DNA of 63,886 bases, counting the filler, from Reclinomonas americana ATCC 50394 (taxonomy: Eukaryota), in assembly GCA_048213135.1 (NCBI GenBank). It is 6 parts of 5 records of this genome, joined end to end, with 100 filler letters (N's around TTAATTAATTAA, not from the genome) between each part and the next. Parts side by side here need not be neighbours in the genome. Positions count along the whole stretch, not along the records: positions 22,639 to 54,367 come from PS015217.1; 5 more parts are not named here. One strand, written 5' to 3'. The notes beneath the pieces were generated by a model. The model did not search any database. It saw only the letters and a program-made list of their open reading frames with translations, and was not told where the DNA came from. This document shows, one piece after another, positions 26,766-41,000 of the stretch (position 1 is its first letter; each line of letters begins with the position of its first letter). The translations under genes and the position numbers were made by a program.

Positions 26766-27050
26766 ATGGTGTTCATCTCGATTGAAGGCAGCAACATCAG
26801 CACCACGGTGAGCACACACACGCACCTACACAAAAAATGAAGAAGTTCATCACTGCGAGAACTTTTCACCAGTGGTGCGCTCACACGTGCACTTGCTCTC
26901 TTACACACATGCACACAGATCACGCAAGAGCCGAGCTTGCCGTACAACTTGACCCCGCAGCAGGCGAGCACGGAGCAGGGCAGTGGCATGCCGTTGATGC
27001 CGTTTGGCGCCTTTGTGGGCTACATGACGGAGAATGGATGGTGGCCGTAA
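26766..27050 (+). CDS. Microprotein family member 1 (57 aa): MVFISIEGSNISTT|ITQEPSLPYNLTPQQASTEQGSGMPLMPFGAFVGYMTENGWWP
   Basis: Exon 1 26766-26807, GTGAGC...CAG intron, exon 2 26919-27050 (TAA). Clear paralogy with three other copies. Confidence 0.9.
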
Positions 27051-27598
27051 GCATCCCGGAGGAAGAAGTGCGAGAAAGGGTGGGGCACAAGATGCACAGG
27101 CAGATTGAAAAGCCTCTGTCGGTTTGTATGTGGAGATCATCTTGCCTTTCTCGTGTCGCAATTGTTCGTCGTTGGTTTGTGTTGAGTAAGGAGGAGAGGT
27201 GCGGAAGAAGGAGAGGGGCGCAGAAGCATGCACACAGTGCACACAGAGTGCTGCTTCCTTGTCGGTTTTTGTGTGTGGAGATCATTGTGTCTTGTGTTGC
27301 ATTGTTCATTATTGGTTTGTGTCTTGGGTGAGCTTGCTGGAAGGAAGCATGGATCCTTTGCGATGACTAAGTCCAACCATATCAAATGCTTTTCTGTTTC
27401 TGTTGATAGTGACTTCACAAGATCGTTGAACACGAGACAGGGGGGCCAAGGGACAGTGAGAGAACCAAGAATAAAAAGAATGACAGGCAAATGAGTGCGC
27501 AGATTAATGAAGGCGACCGCAATCAGTGTGTTCTCCGAACTCCGCGAGGTTGTGGCTTCTGGCGCCGCTCCATGAGCCAGTATGTGAGCAGGTTCCCA

Positions 27599-28448
27599 TC
27601 ATACAGGTCCTGGTGCTCCAGGCCTGCGCATGTAAGGTTGCCCATTGGCGCCTCTATTCTCAATGCCGTTCCCTTCGCCATATGCATCGCTGTCGTCATT
27701 ACGGGCAGCGGCATCACGCGCGCGTGCACCCTGGGCGCCGCCATCAAGTGCGGCACCAACTCTGTCAGCAGCGCGAGCGCCGGCCTTGTCCCTTTCGTCA
27801 CTATCGTCGAAGCAACCCGCTGTCGTCGGTATGCGTAGCGCAGTGAGCAACAGTTTTTCATGGCCAGACTTGCGATTACAAAGTACTGCACGCGTGCTGC
27901 GGTGTTCCACGTACCACAGGCTAGGAGGCTAACGACAATGTCCAGAATGAACGCCGCAGCCTGCAAGCCAATGCTGACCATCGACAGAATCACCGCAACG
28001 CGTATGCGAGCGTCCCAATCGTCACTGATTCCGAGTGTGCCAGACTTAAAAAGGGCGACCAGTGACGTCAATCCGTGCAGTGTATTCCAGATCGCTTGCA
28101 GAACGGGAGGCCAATCGTGAATGTTGAGCGGCGTTCGACTGCGCTCGAAGGCATCGATGTCTTGCTTGGCGATGGCAGCTGCTGACTTGCGTGCACTCAT
28201 CTTACCCATGATGATGTTGTCGAGAGGGCCGGCGGTGATTGCCGGCAATGCCACGGAGAACTGTGCAGTGATGATGGAGAGTGTCATGTCGCGAGGGAAG
28301 GCGAGATTGAACATGTTGATCGTGATGGTGGCAATGTAGCTAATGTAGTAGCTCAAGGCGCCTGCACTGACGTGGTTGCACCAACTGCACTTGCCCTGCG
28401 TGTTGACAAGCACGTGCACATGTACACGAAGACACACAATCGACAGCA

Positions 28449-28490
<42 letters not shown>

Positions 28491-28595
28491 GCCGAACGAA
28501 ACCGAACACCACGACGTCAGCAACGTATCCGCATCATAGCGGAGTGTGAGCGTGCGTGCACATGGTGCTCTCCAAACCTTGAGAGCTGCTACCAT
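27599..28595 (-). CDS. Uncharacterised multi-pass membrane protein
   Basis: Large exon with 3-4 hydrophobic segments (YYISYIATITINMF, LSIITAQFSVALPAI, VAVILSMVSIGLQAAAFILDIVVSLL). A GTACGT...CAG intron leads to a hydrophilic tail ending GAPGPV*. Start codon uncertain. Confidence 0.6.
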
Positions 28596-29274
28596 GGATG
28601 CCTGGTTTGCTCTTGAGTGGTGCGGGGCAAATTGAGTTGAGGACAGACTTCCATGTCCTCCCCTTCTTCTCGTCATGTATACCACCTTGTCGGCACTCTG
28701 CCGCAGAAACAACTCACCACGGACCCGCTGAGATCTGCAAAGCGGCGCGAGGCGACCCACGCATTGCGCCTGACTTCGAAATTGCGCATGCGACGTCGAC
28801 ACAAATGCGGATCCGGACGGCGCGTGACCGTCAGCGAGACACGCAATCCCGATCCCGACAAGTCTGTCTTTTAATGATCAGAGCTTGTCACGAGCAGTGG
28901 TTCCTTGCACACCCCAGCATTTGGACAATTTTCGACTTTTTTCTCCCGTTTTGCTTCCAAAGATGTCTTCGTTTCCGGTGATCCCACTCAAGACGATGAT
29001 CATCTTGCCGCTTTGCGCCATCAACGTTCTCGTTGTGTTGCTGTACACCAATATCGACGACCAATATCGAAAATTTTAATTACTCTTGCTGCACACGCCA
29101 CGTTGAATGACACAAGCGCATTCCAAACAACGCCACTCACCACTCCATAGCCCCTTCTACTGCATAAGAATACCACACTCTGCATTTTCGGTAACTCCGG
29201 CTGATACACTACGTGTAACGTCACGCTGCGGCCACACACATTGATTGTCATCTCACATCTCACACGCGCGTGCA

Positions 29275-29875
29275 ATGAACACGCCCGGTCTCATCGTTCC
29301 TCCACCCGACGACGGCGGCACCGACATCAACTCGCGCCCATCCACTCCACGCAACAGCACTGATCATCACATCAACAACAACAACACGCGATCCTTCTCG
29401 TCGTCCATTGCATCAGACATTGTTGTGGTCGAAGATGTGGACTCCGATGCATCAGTGCCTCCATTGCCGCCTCCTCCACTGGTGACTGCGCGATCAGCAG
29501 CTGCCACGCCCTCTGCAGTGCGCATCACTGTTGACAGTAATGGAGAGGCTGGAGGCCTTGGAGGAGGAGGAGACGCGCATCGTCATGTGTCGCACACTGG
29601 CTCGGAGATGAAGCTGATGGGAGTGACAGCGACGGACTCTGATGAGATCACTGATCATGTGCGAAAGGGCAGGTCAGTTTGTGCACACTCTCCTTTTTTA
29701 ATATGTTCAGCTTGTGTTGTTGTGTTCGCTGTCCATCCTCTCTCTCTCTCTATCTCCCTCTCTCTCTCGCAGTTACTCATCTGTCACTGCCTCATTCTCT
29801 TTCTGACGCTGCCAGTGTATTCGAACCCGTCACTCACTTGTCTCTCACTTCTCTCTTTTTCTTCTTGTTTCTCTC

Positions 29876-29916
<41 letters not shown>

Positions 29917-31958
29917 GTCACTCATCAGTCCCTGCCTTCCTCTCTTTCAGACGCTGCCAGTGTATTCGAACCCGTCACTCAGTTGTCTCTCACTGCTCTC
30001 TCTTCTCTCCCCCTCCTCTCTCTCTCTCTCTTGCTCACTCTCTTCAGTCAGTGGCTTCTTTCTCTCCAAGACGCTGCCATTGTCGAACCGGTCACTCACT
30101 TGTCTCTCACTGCTCTCTCATTGCTCTCTCTCCCTCCCTCCCACCCTCTCTCCCAGTCATTACTCATCATCCGGTTGCATCTTTTTTCTTTTTCAGTCTC
30201 TCGCTCTTGCAGTCCTCGTCGCTCTCTTGTATGTCGATCTTGCTGCTCTCACTCAGCTTCCTCTCTCTCCCACTGACACTCTTTATTCCAGCCTCTCTTA
30301 TTCAGCCTTTCGCTCTTGCAGTCCCTCGTCGCTCACTTCACTCAGCTTCCTCTCTCTCCCACTGACACTCGTCTCATGATCTCTCGTCGCCCAATCCCTC
30401 ATGGTTGCTATCGTCCTTCTTCACTCACTATCGTGCTTGTCTCTCATCATCAGCTTCTTGCGACCCGTCACTCGCTCATGGCGATTGGGACCGTTCCGGT
30501 ACGATAGCAGGTTGTACTTGTGGTTTTACCGGCTGGCGGTGTTCACTCACTGCTTGTTTTCCAGGTACGATGCACGAAGTGGGCGATATGAGGGCATTCA
30601 CATTCCCGTGGTGTTTGATCTGGTGATGAATCGAGTGTGGACGCGATGGCTGTGTTGCGTTTCTCTCACGTCGTTTTTTCGCCACTACTCGTTCGTGAGG
30701 CTGCTGACGACGGTGTCGTTCGTCCAGTTATCTCGCTGTTCACTGGATTCCTTGCCGTGCTGCTGTACATTCTCGTGGGCCCCGTGCTGCGCGATCCCAC
30801 GTTGCAGGTGTGGTGTTGCTCGGCGCGAAGCACATGTCGATCTCCCTCCTCCTCCTTCTCAATTTTTGCTCCTCCGTCCTCGTACCTCTCCCCTCTCCTC
30901 TCTCCTTCCCCCTCCCTTCCCCCTCCCCTCCCTCCCTTCCCCCCATTCGCCCCTCCCTTCCCCCTCCCTTCCCCCATTCACCCCCTCTCACCCCCCCTCT
31001 CCAGAGCCGCGCCTCGAGCACCGTCGGCTCCCTCTCCCTCAGCTCCTTCCCCTCCTCGGGTGCCTACGGCACCACCCTCGTCCCTCCACCATCCGTCGTG
31101 ATCACCAGCCTGGACGGCAGCCCGCTTGTCGGCGTCACCGTCACCGTCACAGCCGTCGCCGACCTTGAACGCCTGGGCCCGCTCGAGTTCCCACTCGACT
31201 ACGCCGCCCAGCCCTGCAACGCCCCTCTCCTGCGCGGCAGCACCGCCGTCGTCACCAAATACGGCGGCGTGGCCACCTTCTCCGACCTTACCATTGCCGC
31301 TGGCGACTGCGGGCGCACCACGTGGACCGACTACAGCACCATGGACGCGTACAGGTCGCGTACCATGGTGCAGACTCCTTCTATTTTCCCCCTCGTGAGC
31401 GCTCATATCCTGCGACAGACTCGTGTTCTCCGCCGGAAACGGGGCCGCCAGCTCCCAGGTTGTCGTCCACATGGCCTCCGCTGTCGCCAAGGTCGTGGTC
31501 ACCAACAGCGCTGACGTGCGACTGGCCAGGAGCGAGATAGGCGTCGTACGTTCTTGCAGAATCAAGTCAGTCTTCCTCGCTCGCAGGACGACTCACACAC
31601 TCTGCACGCAGCCCTTTGTCTCTCAGCCCGTGGTGCAAGTCCTGGACGCCAATGACCAGCCGCTATCTGGACGATACGTGAGCGCCGCCGCCGTGCCACG
31701 CTTGTTGGGCTTTGGTTGCGTGATTGACGTGTCTCGTTCTTGTCGGGATGTTTCCCTTGCTGACTCCTCGCCCACCCACACACAGCGGCGCCCCTGGCTA
31801 GCAAGCTTGGTGAGTCTCTCTCTCTCTCTCNNNNNNNNNNNNNNNNNNNNTCTTCGGGTCGGTGTTCCGTTTCCGTTCCTTCGTACGTACCTCCGTCCCG
31901 ACCCCACCCACCACCACACGGCGGCCCGTCCGGTCCGTCGTCGACGACTCGTTGTGTC

Positions 31959-32008
<50 letters not shown>

Positions 32009-35000
32009 CGTCGTCTCTCTCGCTTCCCTTCTCTTCCCCTTCTCTCTCTCAGTCTCTCTCTCTCTCTCTCGCTGTCTGCCTGTCTGTCTGTGTCTCTCGT
32101 TCTTCTTCCGTGTCCTCCTCCCCCCCGTCTCTCTCCCTCTCGATGCACGCCTGTCCCTCACGTCTCCTCTCATTTCTCTCCCCCCTCTTCCCCCTTGCCC
32201 CCCTTCTCCCTTCTCTTCTCCCTCACTTCTCCTCTTCGTCGACAGTCACCCTGGCCAACTACCGCGTCGGACCGACCAACTCCACCGGCATTGTCGAGTT
32301 CTCCAACCTCACCCCCCTCGGCACCAACACGCAGACCGCCTTCATCTCGCTCAGCGTTGCGTGTGCCACTCCCCCAGCGCCGCCGTCATTCAGCGCTTCA
32401 TTCTCCTCTGTTGTCATGAGCGCAGTGCGAGGGAGTGGCCACATTGTGGGGCGTGGAAAACAACCAGAAGCAGCTGGCGGTCGGCTTTGTCAGCCCCGTG
32501 ACCAAAGTCGTCATTCAGGTGCAGCCCTCGTCGACTGTGGTGGAGGGCAGTGTACTCGACCGGCAGCCTCGCATGCAGGTGGTGGACGTGTCGGGCTTGC
32601 CGGTCTCCGGGCGTATTGTGTATGCTATGCTGTCGATGCTGGGTGCGTGGACGAAGAAGGGGGAACGGTGACTGCGTGATCCTCGTTTGCTTCTCCTGTC
32701 GGTCTCGCCCTCTCCTACTCTCTTCCCTTCTCAAGCTCTCCGAGTTGGCGACACGATTCTTGCTTCTCCCCTTCGTCAGCACAGTGCTCCAGATTGTCCT
32801 TGGGGCTTCCTTTTCTATGTTCACTCGTTTGAGCACGAGCGCACACCGTTATGGTGATCGTCAATGTTGTCGACGCGCGCTTCGCCACAATCATCCTTCT
32901 CGTCATGCCTGATCCCGCGCGTTCCCCTCAATATTTTCCTCATTCCGTTCCACCATTGAGTCGTTCTCCGCTGTGCTGTCATTTTTCAGAGTCCCTTTTT
33001 CATCCATGTCATTTACCATCAGACTTCTTACCCTCTTTCCTCTCCACCTCTTCACTTTCTGTTCTCCTTCCTCTTGCTCTCGCCCTCTCCCTTCCTCTGT
33101 CTCCCTCCCCCTCTTTCCCCTATTCCCCTCTCTCCCTCTTCCCCTCTCTCCCTCTCCCCTCCCCGCTCTCCCCCCTCCCCCCTGTCTCCCCCTTCCCCCC
33201 CCCTCTTCCCCCACTAACCCCCCTCCCCCACCACAGAGGGCGCCAAAACCTACCGTCTGAACACCGTCTCGAAGAGCCTGCGCACGAGCAACTTCAAGAC
33301 CCTCACCTCCTTCACCGCCACCACCGACAACAACGGAATGGCCACATTCACTCAACTGGGCTTCTCCAATCACGGCAACGCAGGCGAGTTCGAAATCACG
33401 TTCTATTGCGACGGCATTGCGTCGGTGCGACGCGCTCTCTACGCCACCCTGCTATATATTTATTGCAACTCACTACGCATCTTTCTCTTGCTGCAGCCCC
33501 CGTCCAGCACCATCACGGTGCAATCACTGGGTGCGTGTGCCCCTGTTTCCCTATCGCCTCACGTGATGCGTCTTCTCATACGCATGTGTAGCCACCCAGC
33601 TGCTGCTGACATACTCTGGCGACACGGTCACCATCTCCAACGGAGAAGGGCCGTGGAGCTTTGGCGTGACGTCGTTGCAGGTGTACGACGCTGACGACCG
33701 ACGTGCGTGTCTTCATTATTCTGCCCACCCAACACTTTTCTTTTTCTCCTCACACTTGCTCTTTCACAGCGCTGGTCGGCAAAGTGCCTGGTGCGTGTTG
33801 CACTTCACTCTTCTGTGTATCTCCGTGAGTGATTCACCTCTCCGCCTGCGTGCAGTGTTCTCGCTGTTCCCCATTGGACACAGCGGCAATGCCTTCCTGC
33901 GAGCCGCCAGACCAACGGGCCTGTACACCGAGTTGAGTAACCGCTTGCCGTTCTCTTTCCCCGCATGTGACTGCACGTCTCATGTTCCGTACACAGCTCC
34001 TCCGGTCTCGCACTGGCTGTCCTCCAGCTGGCCGCCGCCGCGCCTGGTCAGTATCGCCTTAGCGCCACTCTCGACGGCTTGACTGCCACAGCCGCCAACC
34101 CGCTGACAGTGGTCAACACCGCCTCATCGTCAAGTACCACATGTCAGTTTGTCAGATTTGTCAGAGGACCTCCATCCACTGTGCCGCTGTACACGGGCTT
34201 CTCGCAACCGATTGTGTTGCAGGTGCGTGTTGTCCAGGTAGAGGACATGTCAGTCATTGCTCTTCTCATTTTGTCTTTCTTTCCGGCAGGCCGTGAACTC
34301 GTACGGCAATGCCGTGGCGGGTGTCGCGCTCAGTCTTGCAGCAGTCGACGTGCAGGGTATTGGCATCAATTTTCATCCGTTGCGTTGATAAGCAGATCTC
34401 AGTCGGAAGGGGGGCCGCGGGAGCGTGTCACTTTGCACAGTCGAGTTTCCTGTTCATGTGCTTTCTGTTGTGGTGTGTTTTTCTTCCTGCAAGTCTTTTG
34501 CCCTCGCCTCCCCTTGTCAGCATGGTTCCTCCATCGCTTTCTCACATCGCTGAGTCTTTCTCACTGCTTCCTTAGTTTTTCGGTTCGTCTTCCTTTCCAT
34601 TCCTGCAAGTACTTTGCCCTCGCCTCCCCTTGTCAGCACTGTTCCTCCATTGCTTTCTCACATCGCTGAGTCTTTCTCACTGCTTCCTTTGTTTTTCTGT
34701 TCGTCTTCTTGCCATTCTTCACCCTCGCCTCCCCTTCCTCCAGATGTCGTTTCTCACAACTCAGAGTCTCTCTCACTACTTCCTTTGTTCTGGTTTGTTT
34801 TTCTGTTCGTCTTCCTTTCCCTCGCCTTCCCTTGTTGATACTGATCCTCCAGGTATCGTTTTCTCACCATCCTGAGTCTCCGTCACTGCTTCATTACGCA
34901 CTGCTCCTCGATCCACCATTCATCTTCTGCCTCTTTTTCATGTTCTTCTTGTTCTCCTTGTCCTTCTTGCTTCCGTGCTCCCTCCTCGCTCCTTCTTTCT

Positions 35001-38000
35001 CTCCCTTCATCTTCTTCTTTCCCGCCTCCTCCTCGTCCTCTTTGTTCTCGTGATGTATCTCGTTATTCTTCTCACGATTGTGTTATCTGTCTTCACTTGT
35101 TTCCTTTCCCCCTTCCCCCTTCTCCCTTCCTCACATCCTCTCGTCCCCTCCCGTCTTCCCATTCGCCTTTTCTTTCCCTTTGTCTTCCTCCTTCCCCTCA
35201 CCCGTCCCCTTCGCTCTTCCACCTCCCAGAGTGCAGCCCACGCTCACCGACTCCACTGGCCTCGCCACTATCACGGGCGTTCAAGTTGTTCGAGGTCATT
35301 TTTCGTTGGTATTCCCATCTCTGCTCATCAGCCGATCCTAACCGTCTCTCCCGTTTTCAGCCCTCAGCAATACGATCTTCATGACGGCAGCACAGGTGGG
35401 GAGCTGCCGCGCCGACGAGACCGTCGGTCCAGCCATCACCATCACCGGCGACGGTACTTTGAGTCTTCATTCAGCGCCACAATCTCATTCTTCTCTTCAA
35501 TTCACTTGATCGTGTCGCCCCCCACAGCCACACAGGCACGCTTCGCCCAGCAGCCGGCGTGTTCGTCCAGCGGTTCTGCACTTTCCACACAACCCAAGGT
35601 TCGTTATACCCAACACTCAATCCTCTTGCGCCTCATCAAATCCACATCGTTGTGCACAGGTCTGTGTCGCCAACGCAGATGGCAATCCAATCGTCGGCAT
35701 GCCGCTTGTGCTGGGTCTCGACTTGAGTGGTTGCGTACCTCTGCCTGTTCGCCTCATCGCCTGCGAAGTACCCGCTGATGTGTGTGGCAGTCATGTCGAC
35801 GATGTTCGCCATGCCGGATTCATGGCTTGATCCGGTCCTTGGCTTCGGCTCGCCGCTCATTCCACAGCCTCTGTTTGTGTTTGGACATGTTGCGTGCCAC
35901 TGTTGCTTGCATATCTCCGCTCTTCCGGCTTCCTCTTCCTCTCCTTAATTTTTCATTGTCTCTGCCTTTCTCTTTATCGCTCCCCTTCTCCTTTCCATCT
36001 CGCTTCCCCTTTCCTCCACCCTCCCCCTTCACATTCCCCCTTCTCCTTCTCTCCTTCCTCCTGCCTCCTTCTCCCTTCCTGCCTCCCTCTCTCTCTTCTC
36101 CTATCTCCCTCTCCTTCTCCCCTCCCCCGCTTCTCCTCTTCTCCCTCTCCTCTCCCCTTCTGCTTCTCCTCCTTCCCCCTCCACCCTCCCCCCTTCACCC
36201 TCCCCCTTTTCCTCCCTTCTCCTTGCACGTTTCTGCACTCACCCGTCACTCCGCTCGCAGCAATTCTTGACCTCGCCGTCCACCTTGGCCGTGCCGACGT
36301 TCCACCTGCGTGACAATAGTTTTTCGATCTACACGGCAATCATGTCACCATCTCCCACCGACAGCGAAGGTGATGCTCGTCTCGCAATATACCTTTCCGT
36401 GGGATGGTCGCGACAGCTAATTTGTGTGTGCGATGCAGGATGCGCAACATTTGACATCCGAGTGGCGCCAGGCTTTGGTTTCCCCATGTCAATTATCCCG
36501 ATTGCTGGCGGCCGTTTCTTCAGCAACTCTGACATTTTCCAGTGCACCACCAAGGGTGAGCAGCACGTGTCGCGTTGTGCTACGCTATGCTTGTCTGCTG
36601 AAGCCTGCTCTTCTCTCGTGTGCGCAGCCGCCAGCATTCGCATCGTTCAGCAGCCGCCTGCCAATGTCGAGATTACGACGCCACTGACGACGCAGCCTCG
36701 GGTGCGGGTGTTCGACGCCATGAATGTGCCGGTGCCGTACGTGTACGTGACGCCATTGGTGAACGGCGTGCGAACCAACTATCGTTGCTCGTCTGAACCA
36801 ACACCTCTTGCTCTCAAGTTGCGATGGCACTCCATGTGAGTCGTACTTTGGAGTTGCTTGTGCTGATTTTCTCCCACAGTGACCAAGTGGTGCAGGCGGA
36901 CGCCGACGGCTTCGTCACCTACACAAGTGAGCTCTCTACTTGCCCCCTACCTCCTCCCTCCCTCTCTCTCTCTATGTTTCACTCATCCGTGCGCTCCTCA
37001 GCTCTCACCCTTTACGAATCCGGGCCTGGTGACAATGCAATGGCGTTTGCCAGCTTCTTTTCCGGAGCAACCTCATTAATTAGTGATGTGAGCAACGACT
37101 TTGTGGTCTCGAACCCCGTGGACTCGGTGGTGTCCACGTGGCCGTCAAAGGTGCCGGTGACTGCCACTGGCCAGTTCCCTGCAAATCTGCAGCCCGTCGT
37201 GCGCGCCACCTTGACAGTGGGCGCAGCGCTGCCGGCGGGATTCGACCTCAGCAACATTAGTGTCAGCGCCTGCTTGTACTCGGCGGTGGTGCAGGCCACT
37301 CAGTTGTCACGGTCAGTGCTCAACGACTCGCTCAAAATGGACAGCAACGGGTCGGCGGCCTACACGTCGTTGGGCATTGTCGGACCGGTTCTGTAGTTGT
37401 TTTCCGCTCCCGCCTTGCCGTGCTGCGCTCTGACTCGCTCGTATCATGTGCAGGTGGGCTCGTACAGCTTGCTGTTTTGCACCCTCGGCGTGTGTAGGTT
37501 TGACCTTCGAGCTCGCAATCCTTGCTCGTCTCTCCTTTCCCCTCATCACTCCTCCCACAGCTCGGCCTCCCCGCAACTTCGCCTCACGCAAACTCCTTCC
37601 TCGATAACTGTGGTCTCCACCCCGTCGTCGGCCCTCGTTGGCTCGCCCTTCTCCTCTCCGCCTCTGTGCATCTACGCTGGCGCAGCATCCGGTGCCCCCA
37701 TCGGCAACATTAGCGTGTCGGTCGCTGTTGCCACGTCGGTGAGAGTGCATGATGTCGACGATGCTCCACTCGTATGACGCACGTGCTGACTCCCACGCGC
37801 AGTTCTTCACGAAAACCGACAATGTGTTGCTGGAACCGAGCAACCTTGAGGCCGTGACGGACGCAAATGGCGTGGCCTGCTTCCGCACGTTTTTCATTAG
37901 TGCCCCTTCCGGTGCGGTTCTCTCTCTTTCTCTCTCTCTTTTGTCCCCTCTCTCTTTCATTCTTTTTCTCTGTATTTCTCTCACACCTTCTTTCTCTCAC

Positions 38001-41000
38001 TCTTTCTCTCTATCTTTCTCTCTGTCCTTCTTTCTTTCTCTCTCTCTCTCTCTCTCGTTAACCTTTTCTGCCATGGTCAGGTTCATACAAGCTCAAGTTT
38101 TCCTTCGGAACGGTGACGGCCACGAGTGCGCCCATTCAAGTGGTCAACGAGGTTGATTACTTGCAGATTCTGCAACAGCCGGCATCTGACGCGGTACTCG
38201 GCGTGGCGCTGTCGGCGCAGCCGGCGGTGAAAGTGGTGGGACTCGGTGGAGGTCTGGCACGGCGACTGGTCATTGCTTGGGCTGCGGGTGGTGACACGCG
38301 CCTGAATGGCAATGTGCGTCGCCTTCCCGTTCCCGCTTCATGTCTCTCAGCAGTGGCTGACATGTTTTTTGCAGTTTGAATTCACCGACGCGAATGGAGT
38401 GGCCACGTTTACCGATTTGACCATCGTGGCCGGCCCAACCGGCGCAGTGAAACTGTTCTTCACATGCCAGGGTATTCTCAGCAACAGCACGCAGACCGTC
38501 AATTTTGTCAACAATGCCCAGCCCGACACGGAGAAGCTGTCGAAGGTGTGTCGGCTTGATTGTTGACTGCCTCTCACATCCACTTGCTCACGCACGCTGC
38601 TAGATGGAGCAATACATTTACATCTCGGTGGCATTCGCGGTGCCGTTGTTCCTCGGTGCCGTCTCGGTCAACTGGGGCGTTCTCATGGGCTGCTCCATGG
38701 GTATCGTGGTATTCGCCATGGTCCTGCTCTTCCGTGCGTGGCGTGGCTGGGTCGCCTCGGGTGACGGACTTGTATTCGTGCGTTTGTTTTCGTGCACTGC
38801 AAATCATCGTCGTTCACCATGATTGATTGTTGTTCGTTGTGGCGCAGTACTCACGTGACAAGTACGACGGTGTCATCTCCACGCTGGTGGCGTACTATCT
38901 GGTCTACTTGGCGATCCTTATTATTGGTGCGCGAGGGTAGAAATGCTACAAGCAGATGGAGCACAACTCACCGCGCGCGCTCCTCAACGCAGTTCACTTT
39001 GTCTTGTGGGTGACACGCTGGCTGCAAAGCCACAAGTTCTCGCGCAGCCGAGATGCTCAGTACAGGGAACTCACACGACGACTGGTGACCGCCGAAGTGA
39101 AGCTCGATGCGGAGATGGGTGTCGATCCGTTTTTGCCACCGCCGGCGTACCCCTGGTACCGCAAATGTTTCGTGTGTGTGTGTGCCTGTATTCTGTTGCA
39201 CACCTGGCCTTGTGCTTATCAGCGACTCACAGTGTGGAACCTCGTGTCGCCGCCTCAAACCGGCGACCAGCGCCGATTCCAGACCGTGGGCTTCTTTTAC
39301 CCACTGCGACTGATGGTGGTGCCAGCTGGCACCGTCGTTCTTCTCTTGTTCCTCGTTGCGTTACCTCCGTTTGCGACGCACTCATGATGCGCACTCTTCG
39401 CATTTGCTCACTTTCCCGACGCAGTATGTGGCGCTTGCCGTCGGCCTCGACTGGCTCAATGTTACCTACCGAGACGCGGTTGGATCGGCACTGGGCTTCT
39501 TCGAGAAGCAGCAACAAAAGGTGGTCAACGCGTACCAGACGTTCCTTGTGCAGAATGCGAACTTTGCAGTGGCCTTTGACAGCGCCGCCGCCACGGTGTC
39601 CTCCTTCCTGCAACTCAATTCGGGGCCGTCTCTCGCCGCCGCCGGTGAAGGTTCGAGAATTGACCTTGCGCGCGTGTGTGTGTATCTGCCGTGGATTCTA
39701 ACGCGGCGTGAGTGCAGCGTTGCAATCGTTCAACATTGCCACGTCGTTGAGCACATTCCTGGCCCAGGATTCGGACTTTTCTGTGCTCAACTCGCTGAAG
39801 TTTGCCGTGTGGTTTGTCGTGCCAGTTGCGTGACTAACTGCAGAAACTCAGCATTGTCGCTCTGTCGTCTTACCTGTTGTGTGTCTTTTGCAGATTGTCA
39901 CGATTGCCGTGGCGGTGAATCTTTGGTTGATGATGCGCTCGTACCGCAAGTCGGTGAGTGGCGAGGAGTGAAGAGAGGAGAAAGTACCGAATGAGGTGAC
40001 AAACAATTCTCGGGGGCTCGCAGATCTATCAACTTCGACGCGGACATAATACTGTACGCGTGCTGGGCACAAATCCTGCACAAGGTTTGTTACACTCGAT
40101 TCTCTATTGCTTCTGCTGCGATCGTCTCACAGCGTCTTTTGCATGGTGCAGCTGTGTTTTATGTAGCAATGCATCTATACTGTACGTCGTCAGCCTCGTC
40201 ATCTGCCGTCGACTCTTTGTTGTCGCTAACAGCTTTGTTTTCCTCTTGCAGCGGTGTTGATTGCCTTTGTCATACTCCAAGTGCTGCTGACAGCAGTCAT
40301 TTTTGTTCTCGGTACGGCGCTGCATGTACCGAATCTTCACTGTATACGTAGTTGTGTGCCCATTGTGATTCGTCTTCAGCCTGGGAGCCGTCACGCTCGT
40401 TCCTTTGGCGAGTGCTGAAGAAGGTGTTCATTGCACTGCTGTCGATCAAGCTCGGAACGAAGATCCTCTACATTATGTTGCGTGATGGGGGAATGCAAGG
40501 CTGCATGAATTCGAAGGGCGGATCCGGAGATGCTTACATGCACTTGCGCTACCGACGCAGTTTTGCCAATTGCATAGTCGTGCGCCGTGGCAAGATCGTC
40601 CATCCGCGCGGATTCATGCTGTTCGACTCGGTGTACACCATCATCACCTTGTTTCGTCATCGGCGTCGTCCTGGCCACACAATACACGTCTCCCCTCACT
40701 TGTCCGTGCCCGCAGTGTGGTTGGCCCGCTGAGCGCATTGACGCGTTTGATCATTGCCTTTGCACTGCAAGTGCTCGGCCTGATGCGCTTCGATGTCCCC
40801 ACGTCAGCCGACATTCTGGGCCTCGACAGCTGTGCGTTGGGTGTGCGCGGACGCTGCCATACGATGTGTCTTGTAAGCCAACATGAGTGTTCCCCCGTGC
40901 AGGTCACGACAGCTGGCGTGCGATGCTGCACGTGGACCATCAATTCAACAACCCGCTAATGCATGTGTTCTGCAAGCTGCTTTACCAGCGTTGCGTTTCT

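Noticed and set aside
26766-27050. Microproteins as R-body/ejectisin (Reb/Tri) or MSDIN homologues
   Set aside because: Size is similar, but the Reb-type VN.QITD motif and the MSDIN leader/follower are absent; only the architecture is analogous.
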